Origin: an uncultured Gammaproteobacteria bacterium
GTDB lineage: Bacteria > Patescibacteriota > Patescibacteriia > UBA9570 > JBBTWU01
Assembly (NCBI GenBank): GCA_964364425.1
Contig: CAYIMB010000001.1
Coordinates: forward strand, 6,941-70,940
Reading direction: 5' to 3'
Length of the DNA stretch: 64,000 nt
Shown: in pieces, positions 1 to 9,684 of the stretch
How the letters are laid out: each line of letters begins with the position of its first letter
Numbering within the stretch: the stretch's first letter is position 1
Program-made: the position numbers and the translations under genes
The notes under the pieces: model-generated
Seen by the model: only the letters and a program-made list of their open reading frames with translations
Database searches by the model: none
What the model was told of the DNA's origin: nothing

Positions 1-399
1 CTAGGTGCGCAAGTGGTGTTGGGCGGCAAGCGCAAACCCGGGCAGGGATTTTTCTTTGAACCAACCGTGGTGGTTAAGGTTACGGCTGATATGCCCATTT
101 GGAAAGAAGAAGTTTTTGGGCCGGTGCTGCCGGTGATGGTGGTGGAATCTGAAGATGAGGCATTGCGTGTGGCTAACGCCAGCCGGTTTGGGTTGGGTGC
201 CAGTGTGTGGACGCATAGTCCTGAGACTGCAAATCGATTTACGCGTGAACTTCAAGCCGGTGCCGTGTTTGTCAACGGCATGGTGAAATCTGACCCGCGC
301 CTACCATTTGGCGGAATCAAAAAATCTGGGTTGGGACGGGAGTTGGGCGAATATGGTATAAAGTCATTCGTGAACGCTAAAACGTTTTGGATTAAATAA
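1..399 (+). CDS. NAD(P)-dependent aldehyde dehydrogenase (succinate-semialdehyde dehydrogenase-like), C-terminal part; 5' truncated by window
   Basis: EEVFGPV, FGLGASVWT and PFGGIKKSGLGRELG motifs; frame open from base 1. Confidence 0.92.
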   Translation, partial: LGAQVVLGGKRKPGQGFFFEPTVVVKVTADMPIWKEEVFGPVLPVMVVESEDEALRVANASRFGLGASVWTHSPETANRFTRELQAGAVFVNGMVKSDPRLPFGGIKKSGLGRELGEYGIKSFVNAKTFWIK

Positions 400-401
400 A
401 C

Positions 402-1250
402 ATGAGACTGAGCGAACAAGCAAAATCACACGGTCGCCTGCGTACTCGAAGTCAAGATATGTTGGGAGAACAGCAGAGTGAATCCAATCCCATTGCGGAG
501 TTACAATTTTTGTTTACGCCAGAAGTGAAGGAGAGGATAGAAGATCCAAGTCAAATTCTCAGTGGAGAACATCGAACCCAATATGCCATAGCATATATTT
601 TGCAACAAGCGATTCCGGATTTAGATTTTTCTCGTCTTGAAGAAACTACTCGAGCACAACTCTCAACCTCTTTAGTTTTTGGATCCATGATTGCTGCTGA
701 ACTACAGAAAGATACCTTTGATCCCGCTTTGATTCGCATACTTGCTCTTGATGTGTCCTGTGCGCCTGAGCGTCGGTCAACAGTGGTCATTCCAGACAAT
801 GTATTTAACCATTGGCTACAGTTGTTAGACCAACGAGACCGGTCTGGAGACCAAAGCGCATTTTTAGTTGCTCAAACGTTATTTGATTTGCTTGTGCTGA
901 GACCAGATAAACAAGCAGACCTGCAAGACTATTTGCATAGTCATGGTTGGGATGAAGTATTATGGCGAGGAAAGCGGATTGAGGTCAGTGCTCATGCCTT
1001 AGCCACGGCTCAAGTTCGGGTAATTGAACCGCGGTATTCACTCACTCTTCAAGAAAGGAAAGCCTATCTACGTGAATATGCAGAAGCACAACAAACTCCA
1101 ATATTAGCTCCCTCAATCACGGGTTGGGCTGCTCTTGCCATTTTACTCAGTCCTGAAGTGGAGATGAATAGTCAGGGTCGAGTCGTTTTGAAAAATCAGA
1201 AACAAGCAGTTGATCAGCTCAGGCCTCTTCCGCCAAGAATAGTTGTGTAG
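402..1250 (+). CDS. hypothetical protein
   Basis: 282-aa ORF starting 2 nt after the previous stop; no recognisable motif. Confidence 0.7.
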   Translation: MRLSEQAKSHGRLRTRSQDMLGEQQSESNPIAELQFLFTPEVKERIEDPSQILSGEHRTQYAIAYILQQAIPDLDFSRLEETTRAQLSTSLVFGSMIAAELQKDTFDPALIRILALDVSCAPERRSTVVIPDNVFNHWLQLLDQRDRSGDQSAFLVAQTLFDLLVLRPDKQADLQDYLHSHGWDEVLWRGKRIEVSAHALATAQVRVIEPRYSLTLQERKAYLREYAEAQQTPILAPSITGWAALAILLSPEVEMNSQGRVVLKNQKQAVDQLRPLPPRIVV

Positions 1251-1323
1251 TTCACGGGTAAATCGATTTACTTGAGTTTTTCAAGGATAATTGGTAGAGT
1301 GGAGACCAATTTTTAGTTGATGT

Positions 1324-4251
1324 ATGAAAGAAAAAGGACAGAAAATAGGGCCGGCGCAAGGACCATTAGCCAAGATGGAAGAGAAGATTATTGCCTTGTG
1401 GAAAGACAAGAATATTTTTGAGCAAGTCCTCAAGAAAAATGAGGGAAAGCCGTACTGGGTATTTTTTGAAGGGCCGCCTACAGCCAACGGACGTCCGGGA
1501 ATTCATCATGTCTTGGGCCGTACATATAAAGACCTGTACTTGCGTTATAAAACCATGCAAGGGTTTATGATTAAGCGCAAGGCCGGATGGGACACGCATG
1601 GTTTGCCGGTGGAACTGCAGGTGGAAAAGGAATTGGAGATTTCTGGGAAACAGTTTATTGAAAATTTGGTACCAGGTGATAAGCGCGCGTCAATTGAACT
1701 GTTCAACAAAAAATGTAAAGAGAGCGTGTGGAAGTTTAAGGATGAGTGGGAGAAGCTCACGGTGCGTTCCGGTGTTTGGCTGGATGTGCAACATCCTTTC
1801 ATCACCTATGAACGTTCATATATGGAATCTTTGTGGTGGATCTGCAAGCAACTTTGGGAAAAGGATTTGTTGTATCAAGGGCATAAGGTAGTACCGCATT
1901 GTCCGCGGTGTGAAACAACTTTGTCTACACATGAATTAGCGCAAGGGTATAAAGAGGTGACAGAAACCTCTGTGTACATGAAGTTTCAGTCGGCGGATGA
2001 TCCTCAGACCTATTTTTTGAGTTGGACTACTACGCCCTGGACTTTACCGGGAAACGTTGGGTTGGCCGTGGGACCAGAATTTACCTATGTGAAAATAAAA
2101 ACCCAAGGCAAACATGGTGAGGAATTTTGGTGGTTAACAAAAGAACGTTTGAGTATATTGGAAGGTGTGGCATATGCAGTAGTGGAAGAGAAATTGGGTA
2201 AGGATTTGGTTGGTATGAAGTATCAGCCATTATGGCCAGAAGCTATTCCGCAAGCAGCCACTCACGGAACGCGCGCCTTTGAAGTCTTGCCAGCTGCCTT
2301 TGTGACCACCACAGACGGTACCGGAATTGTGCACACGGCTGTGATGTACGGCGTAGATGACTATGAGTTAGGTGTTAAAGTTGGCTTGCCGCAAGTACAT
2401 ACGGTGAATATGAACGGAAAATTTGTTGACCATATTCCCGAGATCGGTGGAAAATTTGTTAAGGCTGAGGCAGTGGAGAAATCGATTTTAAATTATTTGG
2501 AGGAGCACAATAATTTATTCAAACAAGAAAAGTATACGCACGATTATCCTTTTTGTTGGCGCTGCTCCACGCCAGTCTTATACTACGCCAAGACCTCATG
2601 GTTTGTGCGCATGACTCAGGTGAAGAAAGAATTGTTAGAAAATAATGAAAGTGTGCACTGGGTTCCAGAGCATATCAAACATGGGCGCATGGGAGAGTGG
2701 TTGAATGAATTGAAGGATTGGGCATTCTCACGTGAACGGTATTGGGGAACGCCGTTGCCAATTTGGATTTGCGAAGGTTGTGGAGAAAAGCATGTGGTGG
2801 GGAGTATGGCAGAGGTAGAGAAGTTAGGCGGCAGACCGTTGCCGGACCCACACCGTCCGTTTGTGGATGATGTGGTTTGGTCATGTGACAAATGCGGAAA
2901 GACCATGCGCCGAATCCCGGAAGTGGCGGATGTCTGGTTTGATTCCGGAGCCATGCCCTATGCTCAATGGCATTATCCGTTTGAAGGTCAGGCAGAGGTT
3001 GGGAAGTTGGAAGAACTGAGTGGTGAACAATTCCCGGCCGACTTTATTGTGGAGGCCATAGATCAAGCTCGCGGTTGGTTTTATACCCTACTGGCCGTAT
3101 CCACTGCCTTGGGCAGGCCAGCACCTTTCAAGAATTGCTTGGTCTATGGCCACATTATGGATAAGCAAGGGAAAAAAATGTCTAAGTCCAAGGGCAATGT
3201 GGTTGACCCGTGGAGTATGATTGATGCGTATGGAGCTGATGCTACACGTTTATACTTGATGGCTGCCAGTCAGCCCTGGGACTCCAAAAACTTTGACCCA
3301 GAGGGCGTGGCTGAAACCATGCGTTCAAACATGATGATTTTGTGGAATGTCTTGGCCTTTTGGAATACATTTGTGAAAGAGGCTGGATTGAACCGTGGGG
3401 TGACTGAGACGCCAAAAGCACAACATATTTTGGACAAATGGATGTTGTCTCGCGTGTTCCAAACTCAGCAGGTCATGACCGAACAGTTGGATCAATTCCA
3501 GGTTACGGAAGTGGCTCGTCAGATTCCTGCGTTGATCACAGATTTGTCCACTTGGTACATTCGTCGTTCCAGAGACAGATTTAAAACGGGCACACCAGCC
3601 GAGCGCCAAGCCGCAGCCGACACGCTTAGCTTTGTCTTACTGACACTGGCCAAGTTGCTAGCCCCTATCACCCCATTCATAGCTGAACAGGTGTACCAAA
3701 CCGTGGGTGGCTCAACTGATTCGGTGCATTTAGAAGATTGGCCGCACATGGAAGTTCCTCAAGATGAAGCTAAAGTATTAATAGAAATGAAGGGGTTGCG
3801 TACTTGGGTGGAGCAAGCCTTAGCCTTGCGTCAGGAACAGGGGATCAAAATTCGCCAACCCTTACCCGCCCTTACTATACCGGCTAAAAATCTTGCCGCT
3901 GACTTAACTGCAGTCTTGCAGGATGAATTAAATGTGAAAGAAATACGTTTTGGTAAAATCCTAGAGCTAGATGTGAACATTACACCTGAATTAAAAGCTG
4001 AGGGCTTAGTGCGTGAGTTTACCCGGCAAGTGAATGCCTTACGCAAAAGCACCGGACTGACTGTGAAGGATATTCGTCCTCTGTACATTGAAACAACTCA
4101 AGAGCTAAAAGCGGCCATTCAGGCGCATGAAGCGTTTGTGGTGCAAACCACCAAAGCTTCTGCCCTTCATTTTGGGTCGCTTCCAGCAGATGTTACGCCC
4201 ACTCCGGTCAAGGTGGATGCCGCAGTCGCCCAAGTTGGTTTTGGGCAGTAA
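1324..4251 (+). CDS. ileS: isoleucine--tRNA ligase (type 2)
   Basis: EGPPTANG..HHV (HIGH-like), GWDTHGLPVE, WTTTPWTLP editing domain, KMSKSKGN. Confidence 0.97.
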   Translation: MKEKGQKIGPAQGPLAKMEEKIIALWKDKNIFEQVLKKNEGKPYWVFFEGPPTANGRPGIHHVLGRTYKDLYLRYKTMQGFMIKRKAGWDTHGLPVELQVEKELEISGKQFIENLVPGDKRASIELFNKKCKESVWKFKDEWEKLTVRSGVWLDVQHPFITYERSYMESLWWICKQLWEKDLLYQGHKVVPHCPRCETTLSTHELAQGYKEVTETSVYMKFQSADDPQTYFLSWTTTPWTLPGNVGLAVGPEFTYVKIKTQGKHGEEFWWLTKERLSILEGVAYAVVEEKLGKDLVGMKYQPLWPEAIPQAATHGTRAFEVLPAAFVTTTDGTGIVHTAVMYGVDDYELGVKVGLPQVHTVNMNGKFVDHIPEIGGKFVKAEAVEKSILNYLEEHNNLFKQEKYTHDYPFCWRCSTPVLYYAKTSWFVRMTQVKKELLENNESVHWVPEHIKHGRMGEWLNELKDWAFSRERYWGTPLPIWICEGCGEKHVVGSMAEVEKLGGRPLPDPHRPFVDDVVWSCDKCGKTMRRIPEVADVWFDSGAMPYAQWHYPFEGQAEVGKLEELSGEQFPADFIVEAIDQARGWFYTLLAVSTALGRPAPFKNCLVYGHIMDKQGKKMSKSKGNVVDPWSMIDAYGADATRLYLMAASQPWDSKNFDPEGVAETMRSNMMILWNVLAFWNTFVKEAGLNRGVTETPKAQHILDKWMLSRVFQTQQVMTEQLDQFQVTEVARQIPALITDLSTWYIRRSRDRFKTGTPAERQAAADTLSFVLLTLAKLLAPITPFIAEQVYQTVGGSTDSVHLEDWPHMEVPQDEAKVLIEMKGLRTWVEQALALRQEQGIKIRQPLPALTIPAKNLAADLTAVLQDELNVKEIRFGKILELDVNITPELKAEGLVREFTRQVNALRKSTGLTVKDIRPLYIETTQELKAAIQAHEAFVVQTTKASALHFGSLPADVTPTPVKVDAAVAQVGFGQ

Positions 4252-4258
4252 CTAGCGT

Positions 4259-5011
4259 ATGAGCCGCATGGTCAAAACACAAGCGGTGGTCCTGCGCCGG
4301 CGTGATCTGAAAGAACGCGACAAATTGCTGACTTTGTACACCCAGGAACACGGGAAGCTGACCGTCAGAGCTATTGGAGCCAAAAAGATTGAGTCTAAAC
4401 TGGGAGGTCATGTGGAACCGTTTATGCGCACAGAGGTGTGCTTGGTTACCTCAAAAACCATAGACATTCTGGCCGGAGCCCAAGTGGTGGAAGCGTATCC
4501 ACAACTCAGGTCTTCCATTTCTGGAACTCACGCGGCCCAATATCTGATGGAAGTGGTGGATCAACTCACCCCGGACGGTCAGCAAGAGCCGAGTGTGTAC
4601 GAGTTATTATGTAGCGGTCTGGATATTCTGAACCAACAATCTAGGGTCAATTTTTTGACCGTTCAAGCCACGGTCCTCAAGATTTTAGGTCGCCTTGGAT
4701 TTGAACCGGAGTTAGACAAATGTGTGCATTGCGCTTTACCCACAGTATCAGGTGACTACCTGTTTAACGTCAGTGCCGGTGGTGTAACACATAGTCGGTG
4801 CGGGGGAGACATTACCTGGGCGGCACCGCAAGTTCAGTTTGAAACTATTAAATCCTTGCGTTTTTCCTTGCGTTCACCTTTAGATGCTATGGCCAGCCTT
4901 AGGCTCTCGCCAATTATCTGGGAACAACTGAACACCTGTATTGATCAGCTGGTTCTGACCCATAGTCGTAAACCCATCCGCAGTCGGCTGTTCCTAGCCC
5001 AAGCCAATTAG
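4259..5011 (+). CDS. recO: DNA repair protein RecO
   Basis: N-terminal OB fold (VVLRRRDLKERDKLLTLYT..GKL), CxxC zinc region, 250 aa. Confidence 0.93.
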   Translation: MSRMVKTQAVVLRRRDLKERDKLLTLYTQEHGKLTVRAIGAKKIESKLGGHVEPFMRTEVCLVTSKTIDILAGAQVVEAYPQLRSSISGTHAAQYLMEVVDQLTPDGQQEPSVYELLCSGLDILNQQSRVNFLTVQATVLKILGRLGFEPELDKCVHCALPTVSGDYLFNVSAGGVTHSRCGGDITWAAPQVQFETIKSLRFSLRSPLDAMASLRLSPIIWEQLNTCIDQLVLTHSRKPIRSRLFLAQAN

Positions 5012-5026
5012 TGGTATACTATCCAC

Positions 5027-6886
5027 ATGAAAAAGAAAAAACAGCATAAGCCACAGATGCCGAACCCTGAGGAAGAACCGTCCCGGTTAGATGAGGCGGA
5101 AGAAGGAGAGCAGGCTGAGGGTGAAGAGCAAATCGAGATAGAAAAAAAGTCCGAACGGGCTGAGTTTTCCACTTTACCTGTAGATACCGAGGATATTTCT
5201 GACTGGTATCATGATGATGAGTATGAGGGTAAGGTGGACATGACTAAGATTGACCGCTCGGCCAAACGGAATTGGTGGCCGTGGGTGTTTGCTTTGGTTG
5301 GTGTGCTGGTGGTGGGTGCAGCGTTGGCTTTTAGCTACGTTACGTATTTGTCCGGGCGGCCCGCGGCTGAAGGGTCTGCCCGCTTGGAGCTGTCTGTTCC
5401 GGAAAAAACTGCTTCAGGTGAAGCTGTTGTAGTGGAGGTCACGTATGAAAACTCAGACAGCGTAGATTTTAAAACCGGCAAAATAGAAGTGGTGTACCCT
5501 GAAGGTTTTGTATTTGAATCCGCCAACCCGCTGCCTACCAGCGGCCAAACTAACTGGGAGCTGGGTGTTATTCCCAGCGGACGCGGCGGGAAAATATACA
5601 TCACCGGACAATTGGTTGGAGAAGTGGGCAGCAGCAAAATATTTTCGTCTTTCTTTACCTACCGACCAGAAAACTTAAATTACGACTTTCAAGAAATTGC
5701 TCAAGCTGAGGTGGATATTTCCTCGTCTACCATTCAGATTGAAATTGACAGTCCGGAACAAGCCCATACAGGACAAGATATAGCATTAAAAGCCGAATTT
5801 AAGAACACTTCAAGCTCTCCCATTAAAGACGTGAAGGCCAAAGTGAAGCCTCCGTTAGGCTTCACTGTAACCTCAGTTGATCCGGAGGCCCCTGCGCCAG
5901 ATGATCTGTCTTGGCGTTTTGATGAAATTCAGCCAGGTGAGTCACAAACAGTGACTTTGCGCGGAACCGTTCAAGGTGAATCAGGTCAACAGCAAGCCTT
6001 CTCTTTTGAAGCCGGTTTTATAGAGATTGATGGTCGGTATAACGTGCAAGTGGAAAAACAAGCCTTGGTCTTACTCATCAATCCGTCCATAGAGCTGAAG
6101 TTGGATGCACCGGAAAAGGCGGCACCGGGCGAAAAAATCACCTATACCGTTACCGCCACCAATACATCTGATGTTCTGTTGAAAAATGTTAAACTACGTT
6201 TGCTGTTGGAGGGAGATTATTTTACAGAAGAACAGTTGGATCTGGCGGTGATAGACGAGTTGGCGGCTCAGGAGTCCAAAACAGTCACTGCCACCACCAC
6301 TTTGAAAGAATCAACTAAAGCCAGAGACTTAAGTCTGTCGGCGGTTGTATCCGTGCGTCAGGTGACGGTAGACGGAGAACAAACCACCATCACTTCCACT
6401 GCTTCAGTCAGCACGCAAGTAGAAGGTTCACTCTCTTTCTCGGCTCAAGCCAGATACTTTGATGACAATCTACAAAAGATTGGAGACGGTCCTATTCCGC
6501 CAAAAGTTGGTGACAAAACAACGTATGTGATCTGGTGGGATGTCACAAGTGGTCCATCTGACCTGAAACAGTTCACCGTGTCTGCACAACTGCCGGATGA
6601 TGTGACTTTTGAAACCAGTGATCCAGATATTACCTACACCGCAAAAACGCGTACAGTCAGTTACTCTTCCTCCGTATTTAAAGCAGACACCAGTAAACAC
6701 TTGGAGTTTTCCGTGTCCATTACGCCAACTCCAGATGACTTTAATGGTTTGATGGTACTGGTGGAAGCCGGTTCAGCCCAAGCCGTGGACACATCATCTA
6801 ACGACACCTTGACCGCAGATACAGAACGGCTCACCACTAATTTGGATGGAGACCCGGCCGCAGAAGGAAAGGGAGTAGTGGAGTAA
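5027..6886 (+). CDS. membrane-anchored protein with tandem Ig-like (DUF11/CARDB-like) domains
   Basis: Acidic N-tail, one TM helix, repeated beta-rich units (ITYTVTATNTS, P.GF.F.SA.P, W..D.I.PGES.TV). Confidence 0.75.
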   Translation: MKKKKQHKPQMPNPEEEPSRLDEAEEGEQAEGEEQIEIEKKSERAEFSTLPVDTEDISDWYHDDEYEGKVDMTKIDRSAKRNWWPWVFALVGVLVVGAALAFSYVTYLSGRPAAEGSARLELSVPEKTASGEAVVVEVTYENSDSVDFKTGKIEVVYPEGFVFESANPLPTSGQTNWELGVIPSGRGGKIYITGQLVGEVGSSKIFSSFFTYRPENLNYDFQEIAQAEVDISSSTIQIEIDSPEQAHTGQDIALKAEFKNTSSSPIKDVKAKVKPPLGFTVTSVDPEAPAPDDLSWRFDEIQPGESQTVTLRGTVQGESGQQQAFSFEAGFIEIDGRYNVQVEKQALVLLINPSIELKLDAPEKAAPGEKITYTVTATNTSDVLLKNVKLRLLLEGDYFTEEQLDLAVIDELAAQESKTVTATTTLKESTKARDLSLSAVVSVRQVTVDGEQTTITSTASVSTQVEGSLSFSAQARYFDDNLQKIGDGPIPPKVGDKTTYVIWWDVTSGPSDLKQFTVSAQLPDDVTFETSDPDITYTAKTRTVSYSSSVFKADTSKHLEFSVSITPTPDDFNGLMVLVEAGSAQAVDTSSNDTLTADTERLTTNLDGDPAAEGKGVVE

Positions 6887-6902
6887 AACAGGACGACAGT
6901 CC

Positions 6903-7496
6903 TTAATCTATATTGTTTGGGCTGATTATGTGTCTGACCATACTGGCTAGGGCAAAGGCAATGGCTAGTCCAAAGGTGATTTCCGCAACACCCAGGACCC
7001 AGGGCCAGTTCATGAGGTAGACAATCAAGAGTAACAAACCTACCACTTCAAAAACAGTTTTGAGTTTTCCATATATGTTAGCCCCGAATTTTCGGTCAGG
7101 TAAATTTTTGCTTGGTACCAGAGAGAAAATTAAGCCAGTTAGAAGAAACACTAATTCAATTAACGCCAGCAAGGTAAAAATCCTGAGGTCTAAGACTTGC
7201 CAACCTAAAATCCAGAACAAGACAAGAAAGATCACTTTATCTGCAATGGGATCCAAGACAGCGCCGGCTTTGGTCACTTGGTTGCGTGAACGGGCTAATA
7301 CCCCGTCCAGTACGTCTGTAAAGTAGGCAGCAACCAGTAAGAAAGCCGTTGGAACCGCTTGTCCGGCTAAAGCAAAGTAGCCAATGGGGACAACCATGAT
7401 CAAACGGAAGACGGCCAAGCCGTTGGGCGTAATCCACAAGGGGAGGGCATCTGCCAGCGGTTTAAACAGTTGATCTTTTGATTTTAATATGTCCAT
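6903..7496 (-). CDS. CDP-alcohol phosphatidyltransferase (PgsA-like)
   Basis: TPNGL and D-x2-DG-x2-AR-x7-G-x3-D-x3-D signature; start at 7496 supported by TACAGT box 7 nt upstream. Confidence 0.92.
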   Translation of the reverse strand: MDILKSKDQLFKPLADALPLWITPNGLAVFRLIMVVPIGYFALAGQAVPTAFLLVAAYFTDVLDGVLARSRNQVTKAGAVLDPIADKVIFLVLFWILGWQVLDLRIFTLLALIELVFLLTGLIFSLVPSKNLPDRKFGANIYGKLKTVFEVVGLLLLIVYLMNWPWVLGVAEITFGLAIAFALASMVRHIISPNNID

Positions 7497-7513
7497 ACTG
7501 CACACTGTAGCAT

Positions 7514-8614
7514 ATGTTGAATCAAGCGTTTACTCTTGCCCATACGCATGAGTCCGGAATTCGTCGGGGCGTGTTGCAGTTGGGTCATGGTCCGGTGGAA
7601 ACTCCGGCATTTATGCCTATAGCCACGGTTGGGGCAGTCAAGGCGTTAACCATGCAACAGGTGGCTGCCCTGAAACCCAGCATCATTTTAGCTAACACCT
7701 ATCATTTATCACTTCGTCCTGGGCTAGAAGTGATTTCTGCAGCTGGCGGATTACACAGGTTTATGGGTTGGGATAAAAATTTACTCACGGACTCGGGTGG
7801 TTTTCAGATTTTTTCTTTGGCCAAATTAGTTGAGCGGGACTTAGATGGAGTGTCTTTCCGCTCCCATATTGACGGAAGTTTAGTCCGTATGACACCGGAG
7901 CGGTCCATGGAGGTTCAAACCGTTTTGAACCCGGATATTGCCATGTCGTTTGATTGGTTTCCCGGTTTCCCGGCCAAAGAATCTGAGGTAGAGGAGTCGG
8001 TCAAACACACCTCCGCATGGGCCTCCCGGTCTAAACAGGCTTTTCGGGGTGACGGGTTGTTGTTTGGGATAGTCCAGGGAGGGATGTTTCCGGAATGGCG
8101 AGAACGTTCTGCGGCAGAACTCTCAGCCATGGACTTTCCCGGATACGCAGTTGGCGGGTTGGCCGTAGGAGAATCATTTACTGAACGTGAACGGATTTTG
8201 CAAACGACTACGCCATTTTTACCTCAACACAAACCTCGTTATGCCATGGGTGTTGGTTTACCTGAGGATATACTATCAGCCGTTCGGGCAGGGATAGACT
8301 TATTTGATTGTGTGATCCCAACGCGTGAAGGCCGTCACGGGAAAATTTATACCGGAGGAATGTTGAATGACGACCTGACCCGCGTGGAGTACCATACCAT
8401 CAATATTTCCTCGTCTGCTTATAGGCTTGATATGTCACCGCTTGACCCAAAATGCGAATGCTCAGTTTGTACCACAGGTGTTACCCGCGCTTATACCCGT
8501 CATTTGTTTACCATAGATGAACCGGCAGCTTTTACAATAACCTCTGTTCATAATCTGTATTTTTATTTGTCCTTGATGCAACGCATTCGCGACCGCACAG
8601 AACAGGCTCACTGA
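7514..8614 (+). CDS. tgt: tRNA-guanine transglycosylase
   Basis: TPAFMP, ANTYHL, TDSGGFQ, GIVQGG, DLFDCVIPTR, CxCxxC..H zinc site. Confidence 0.96.
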   Translation: MLNQAFTLAHTHESGIRRGVLQLGHGPVETPAFMPIATVGAVKALTMQQVAALKPSIILANTYHLSLRPGLEVISAAGGLHRFMGWDKNLLTDSGGFQIFSLAKLVERDLDGVSFRSHIDGSLVRMTPERSMEVQTVLNPDIAMSFDWFPGFPAKESEVEESVKHTSAWASRSKQAFRGDGLLFGIVQGGMFPEWRERSAAELSAMDFPGYAVGGLAVGESFTERERILQTTTPFLPQHKPRYAMGVGLPEDILSAVRAGIDLFDCVIPTREGRHGKIYTGGMLNDDLTRVEYHTINISSSAYRLDMSPLDPKCECSVCTTGVTRAYTRHLFTIDEPAAFTITSVHNLYFYLSLMQRIRDRTEQAH

Positions 8615-9210
8615 CATTTTTTCCACACGCCAAGGTTGAGACTGCGCGCGGCTGTTTGAGCTGACGTGAAATCTGTGGCATGTGCCAGATCCGGGGGATA
8701 GACTACGGCGTAAGCTAAACCCTCCTCCACCAACAACTGGTTCACAAAGACGCCATCCACATACACATAACGTAAGAGTCGACCGAATCTATCCTGATCA
8801 GAAACGTCTCTCACCAGCTGAACGGTTTTCCCCTCCACTAATTCTTTATTCCGTTTGGTAGCCGCCTGGGCATAACACTCTACGTGAGGAAAAATTTCCG
8901 GCGTATCAATCCCAATGTAGCGAACGTATGCGCCGTTACTTAAAATAATGGTATCCCCGTCTACTACTTGGGTGACCGTTAACTCTTGATCAGCTCTGCC
9001 AGTTTCTGCTAATTGGGTCAATGCGGGGAGCTGTGGCCAACCGGTCTGATCAGCAGTCTGAGCCCCAACAATTTGGAATAACCCCAATAAAAATAGGAAG
9101 GCAAAGGCTATAGCGGCAAACGCCCCTTCTCTGCGGTGGAAGTCCCGCACGGCTTTAGCGGCCCGCCGGACATGGTGATGCCATTTAGGTTTGGAGTGAC
9201 TGGTAGACAT
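8608..9210 (-). CDS. thermonuclease (SNase-like) with N-terminal membrane anchor
   Basis: VVDGDTI, VRYIGIDTPE, DRFGRLLRYV, LVEEGLA. Confidence 0.93.
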   Translation of the reverse strand: MSTSHSKPKWHHHVRRAAKAVRDFHRREGAFAAIAFAFLFLLGLFQIVGAQTADQTGWPQLPALTQLAETGRADQELTVTQVVDGDTIILSNGAYVRYIGIDTPEIFPHVECYAQAATKRNKELVEGKTVQLVRDVSDQDRFGRLLRYVYVDGVFVNQLLVEEGLAYAVVYPPDLAHATDFTSAQTAARSLNLGVWKKCQ

Positions 9211-9262
9211 GGGAACAGTCTAGACAGATGCGTAAAGATACGCAACTTGGTATACTGTCCCC

Positions 9263-9679
9263 ATGTTTGGATTGACTGGACAAGTGATAGGATTTATTGC
9301 CAAAGATATTGTTTGGAATACGGTGTATTTTCCCATTTGGTGGTACACCCGTGGGATTTTGCGTATCTTGGTGTTAATGAAGCACCAAGTGTCCAGCCTG
9401 GCCCGCACATTGCATTTACCCACGTTGTTCAAATATTTGTTGAAACCAATGTACGGCTACACAGACATCATTAGTCGGATCATCAGTTTTTACGTACGCA
9501 TAGTTCAGTTTATTGTTCTCTTGCTGATCACGTTGGTTGTGGTTGTAGGCCTGGTAGTCCTCTTAGCGGTGTGGATTACCGCGCCGGTCTTGGTTCTGTA
9601 TGGAGTTGCCTTCCACTTGGGTTGGATTGAGTTTAATCTTTATGCCTTGATTGCATGGAACGTTGGACTCCCAGTGTAG
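9263..9679 (+). CDS. hypothetical membrane protein upstream of Clp ATPase
   Basis: Hydrophobic 138-aa ORF, YFPIWWY motif, TATACT box 6 nt upstream. Confidence 0.75.
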   Translation: MFGLTGQVIGFIAKDIVWNTVYFPIWWYTRGILRILVLMKHQVSSLARTLHLPTLFKYLLKPMYGYTDIISRIISFYVRIVQFIVLLLITLVVVVGLVVLLAVWITAPVLVLYGVAFHLGWIEFNLYALIAWNVGLPV

Positions 9680-9684
9680 TTGGT

